Below are positions 62,616 to 64,000 of a stretch of 64,000 nucleotides of DNA, in pieces. Each line of letters begins with the position of its first letter. Positions within the stretch are counted from its first letter, which is position 1. This DNA comes from an uncultured Thermoplasmatales archaeon (GTDB lineage: Archaea; Thermoplasmatota; E2; DHVEG-1). Under the pieces are notes generated by a model. That model had not been told where the DNA came from. It worked only from the letters and a program-made list of their open reading frames with translations, and searched no databases. A program made the translations under genes and the position numbers. The stretch spans positions 3,257-67,256 of the forward strand of contig CAZWQV010000004.1 in the NCBI GenBank assembly GCA_964636235.1. The letters run 5' to 3'.

Positions 62616-63304
62616 AAGATAAAATTTATTTTATTGGAAAATTTCTTATCCTTTCTTTTTTTCTTTTTCTTGTTTGGATAGTAGTTGGAAGATATTATCT
62701 TATATTATTATCCTACATCTCACAATTTATTTTATCACTTATGGGCTATAATGTTTCAATTGTAATAAATGAAAATATCATTTTTTCCTATTTGGGTTCT
62801 GAGATTAATCTAACCCACGCGGAGCTAACTAATTTTAATATTATTCCTTTTATTGCATTAGTACTTGCATCACCAATAACTTGGTTTAAACAACAAAGAT
62901 CCTTAATGATTGGCATTCCAATCATTTTTGTTTTTCATTTACTAAATCTCATTGCTCATTTTCCATATTATTATGAAGGAAATATGATCGCAGGTTTTAT
63001 CATTAATTTTTCATCAATCACTAGGTTAATCATACCATTTTTGTTGTGGTTTGCATTAACATATGATTCCATCCTTCCTTTATTTCGCATGAAAAAAAAG
63101 GAATATATCTGTCCAATTTGCTCGGAGAAAAAAACTGGAATTATTGATCATATCAATAAGAACCATAAAAATCTTAATGCGGAACAGAAAAAGAAAATTC
63201 ATCTATGGTATAAAAAACATCCTGAATTAATTCAATCTGATCAGAATAATAATGGCCATTCTTTTTATTTATATATGAGAAATTTATTTGATAAAAGTAG
63301 ATAA
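62612..63304 (+). CDS. Multi-TM membrane protein with C-terminal C2H2-like zinc finger (archaeosortase partner?)
   Basis: Start overlaps the archaeosortase stop (coupled). Five or six TM helices. CPICSEKKTGIIDHINKNH (C-x2-C-x9-H-x4-H). Confidence 0.4.
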   Translation: MKDKIYFIGKFLILSFFLFLVWIVVGRYYLILLSYISQFILSLMGYNVSIVINENIIFSYLGSEINLTHAELTNFNIIPFIALVLASPITWFKQQRSLMIGIPIIFVFHLLNLIAHFPYYYEGNMIAGFIINFSSITRLIIPFLLWFALTYDSILPLFRMKKKEYICPICSEKKTGIIDHINKNHKNLNAEQKKKIHLWYKKHPELIQSDQNNNGHSFYLYMRNLFDKSR

Positions 63305-63412
63305 AATTATTCTTAAAATATTATCATCAAAACAATTATATAATAAAATTTGTATCACAATTCATAGAAGAGCAGAATTCCTATTTGTCTGGGTGAGTTG
63401 GAGGAATTGAAA

Positions 63413-64000
63413 ATAAAGTATATTATCCTAATTCTACTGGTATGTATCCTATTGAATGGAGTATTGTTACAACCTTTAATAAAAGCAGATGACGTAGAAG
63501 TAAATTCAGTAAGAGAATATATACATAATAAAACAAAAGGAATATATAATTCAGAAGGCTTTTTTTCAAGTGATCTAACCAGCAATACGGTTCAAATAGC
63601 TATTGATAACTTGAAATCAAATAGTGGAACAGTATGGGTTACGGGAAATATTCATCTTGTATCAACAATTCATCCTCGATCATATGTATCGATAAATTTT
63701 TTAGGTAATACAATTGAAGTTGAAGCTAATGTTCCCGTTATTTCTTATGCTCAAAATACATTATTTTCCAATGTTAAAAATGCAGTCATTCTGTTGCCAA
63801 GTTTTTATGACCGTCCAGTTTTTTTGATGGATAATAATGGGATGGATGGCGGAAATGATGCAATTGATTTCAATAATATTGAAAATATCATTATCAACTG
63901 TGAAAAATCATACCAATATACCGGCATTCATATGAAACTTGATGGAATAAATGAAATGTGGAATAATGTATTTAAAAATATAATAATGAATGGTCCAAAA
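63413..64000 (+). CDS. Secreted right-handed beta-helix (pectin-lyase fold-like) protein, 5' part; start inferred at ATA (or upstream TTG)
   Basis: GGAGG at 63400-63404 sits 8 nt before ATA 63413, giving MKYIILILLVCILLNGVLLQPLIKA|DD. NxxG/beta-helix-like repeats follow. The ORF runs off the window end. Confidence 0.4.
   Translation, partial: MKYIILILLVCILLNGVLLQPLIKADDVEVNSVREYIHNKTKGIYNSEGFFSSDLTSNTVQIAIDNLKSNSGTVWVTGNIHLVSTIHPRSYVSINFLGNTIEVEANVPVISYAQNTLFSNVKNAVILLPSFYDRPVFLMDNNGMDGGNDAIDFNNIENIIINCEKSYQYTGIHMKLDGINEMWNNVFKNIIMNGPK

Noticed and set aside
62073-63304. The two overlapping ORFs as one frameshifted full-length ArtA-type archaeosortase
   Set aside because: Both catalytic motifs (Cys and Arg) are already contained in the first ORF. 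The second ORF has a distinct zinc-finger tail. The 4-nt ATGA overlap is typical of translational coupling rather than of a frameshift.
1-64000. CRISPR arrays, transposases/integrases, prophage or defence islands
   Set aside because: I scanned both strands for evenly spaced direct repeats and for transposase, integrase and phage hallmark proteins. None were found. The tRNA-Gln is not flanked by a repeat or integrase.

Overview
This is an AT-rich (roughly 30% GC by eye), gene-dense segment of an archaeal chromosome. The archaeal hallmarks are an L7Ae-S28e-L24e ribosomal protein operon, RadB, an Sm-like protein, archaeal-type PheT, type II GAPDH, TtuA, and an archaeosortase. Strong GGAGG Shine-Dalgarno sites sit about 8 nt before the start codons.

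The first half (1-33 kb) holds core genes: DRG GTPase, carbamate kinase, PIMT, LarA-like, a radical SAM protein, RadB, Lrp, histidine ammonia-lyase, urocanase, AsnRS, acylphosphatase, an HD hydrolase and MscS. Two items here stand out. One is a bacterial-type glutaminyl-tRNA synthetase lying close to a tRNA-Gln(CUG). The other is a tandem pair of GT81-like (GpgS-like) glycosyltransferases followed by a metallophosphoesterase.

The second half (33-64 kb) is a cell-surface and glycosylation island. It contains a paralogous family of PKD-domain surface proteins that carry a shared C-terminal module and a TM/basic tail. It also contains a large agl-like glycan cluster: epimerase, deacetylase, a Dol-P GT2, a second GT2, two GT4s, two FemAB/GNAT-like proteins, an alkaline-phosphatase-family protein, a B12-radical SAM protein and a Wzx flippase. 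The island ends with a mini archaeosortase translationally coupled to a multi-TM C2H2 protein.

Other observations: a decayed PGF-pre-PGF-like surface protein pseudogene; two genes that appear to start at AUU or AUA behind a perfect SD; an HAL whose MIO triad is Ala-Cys-Gly instead of Ala-Ser-Gly; and one GC-rich structured intergenic element. I saw no CRISPR array, transposase or integrase.
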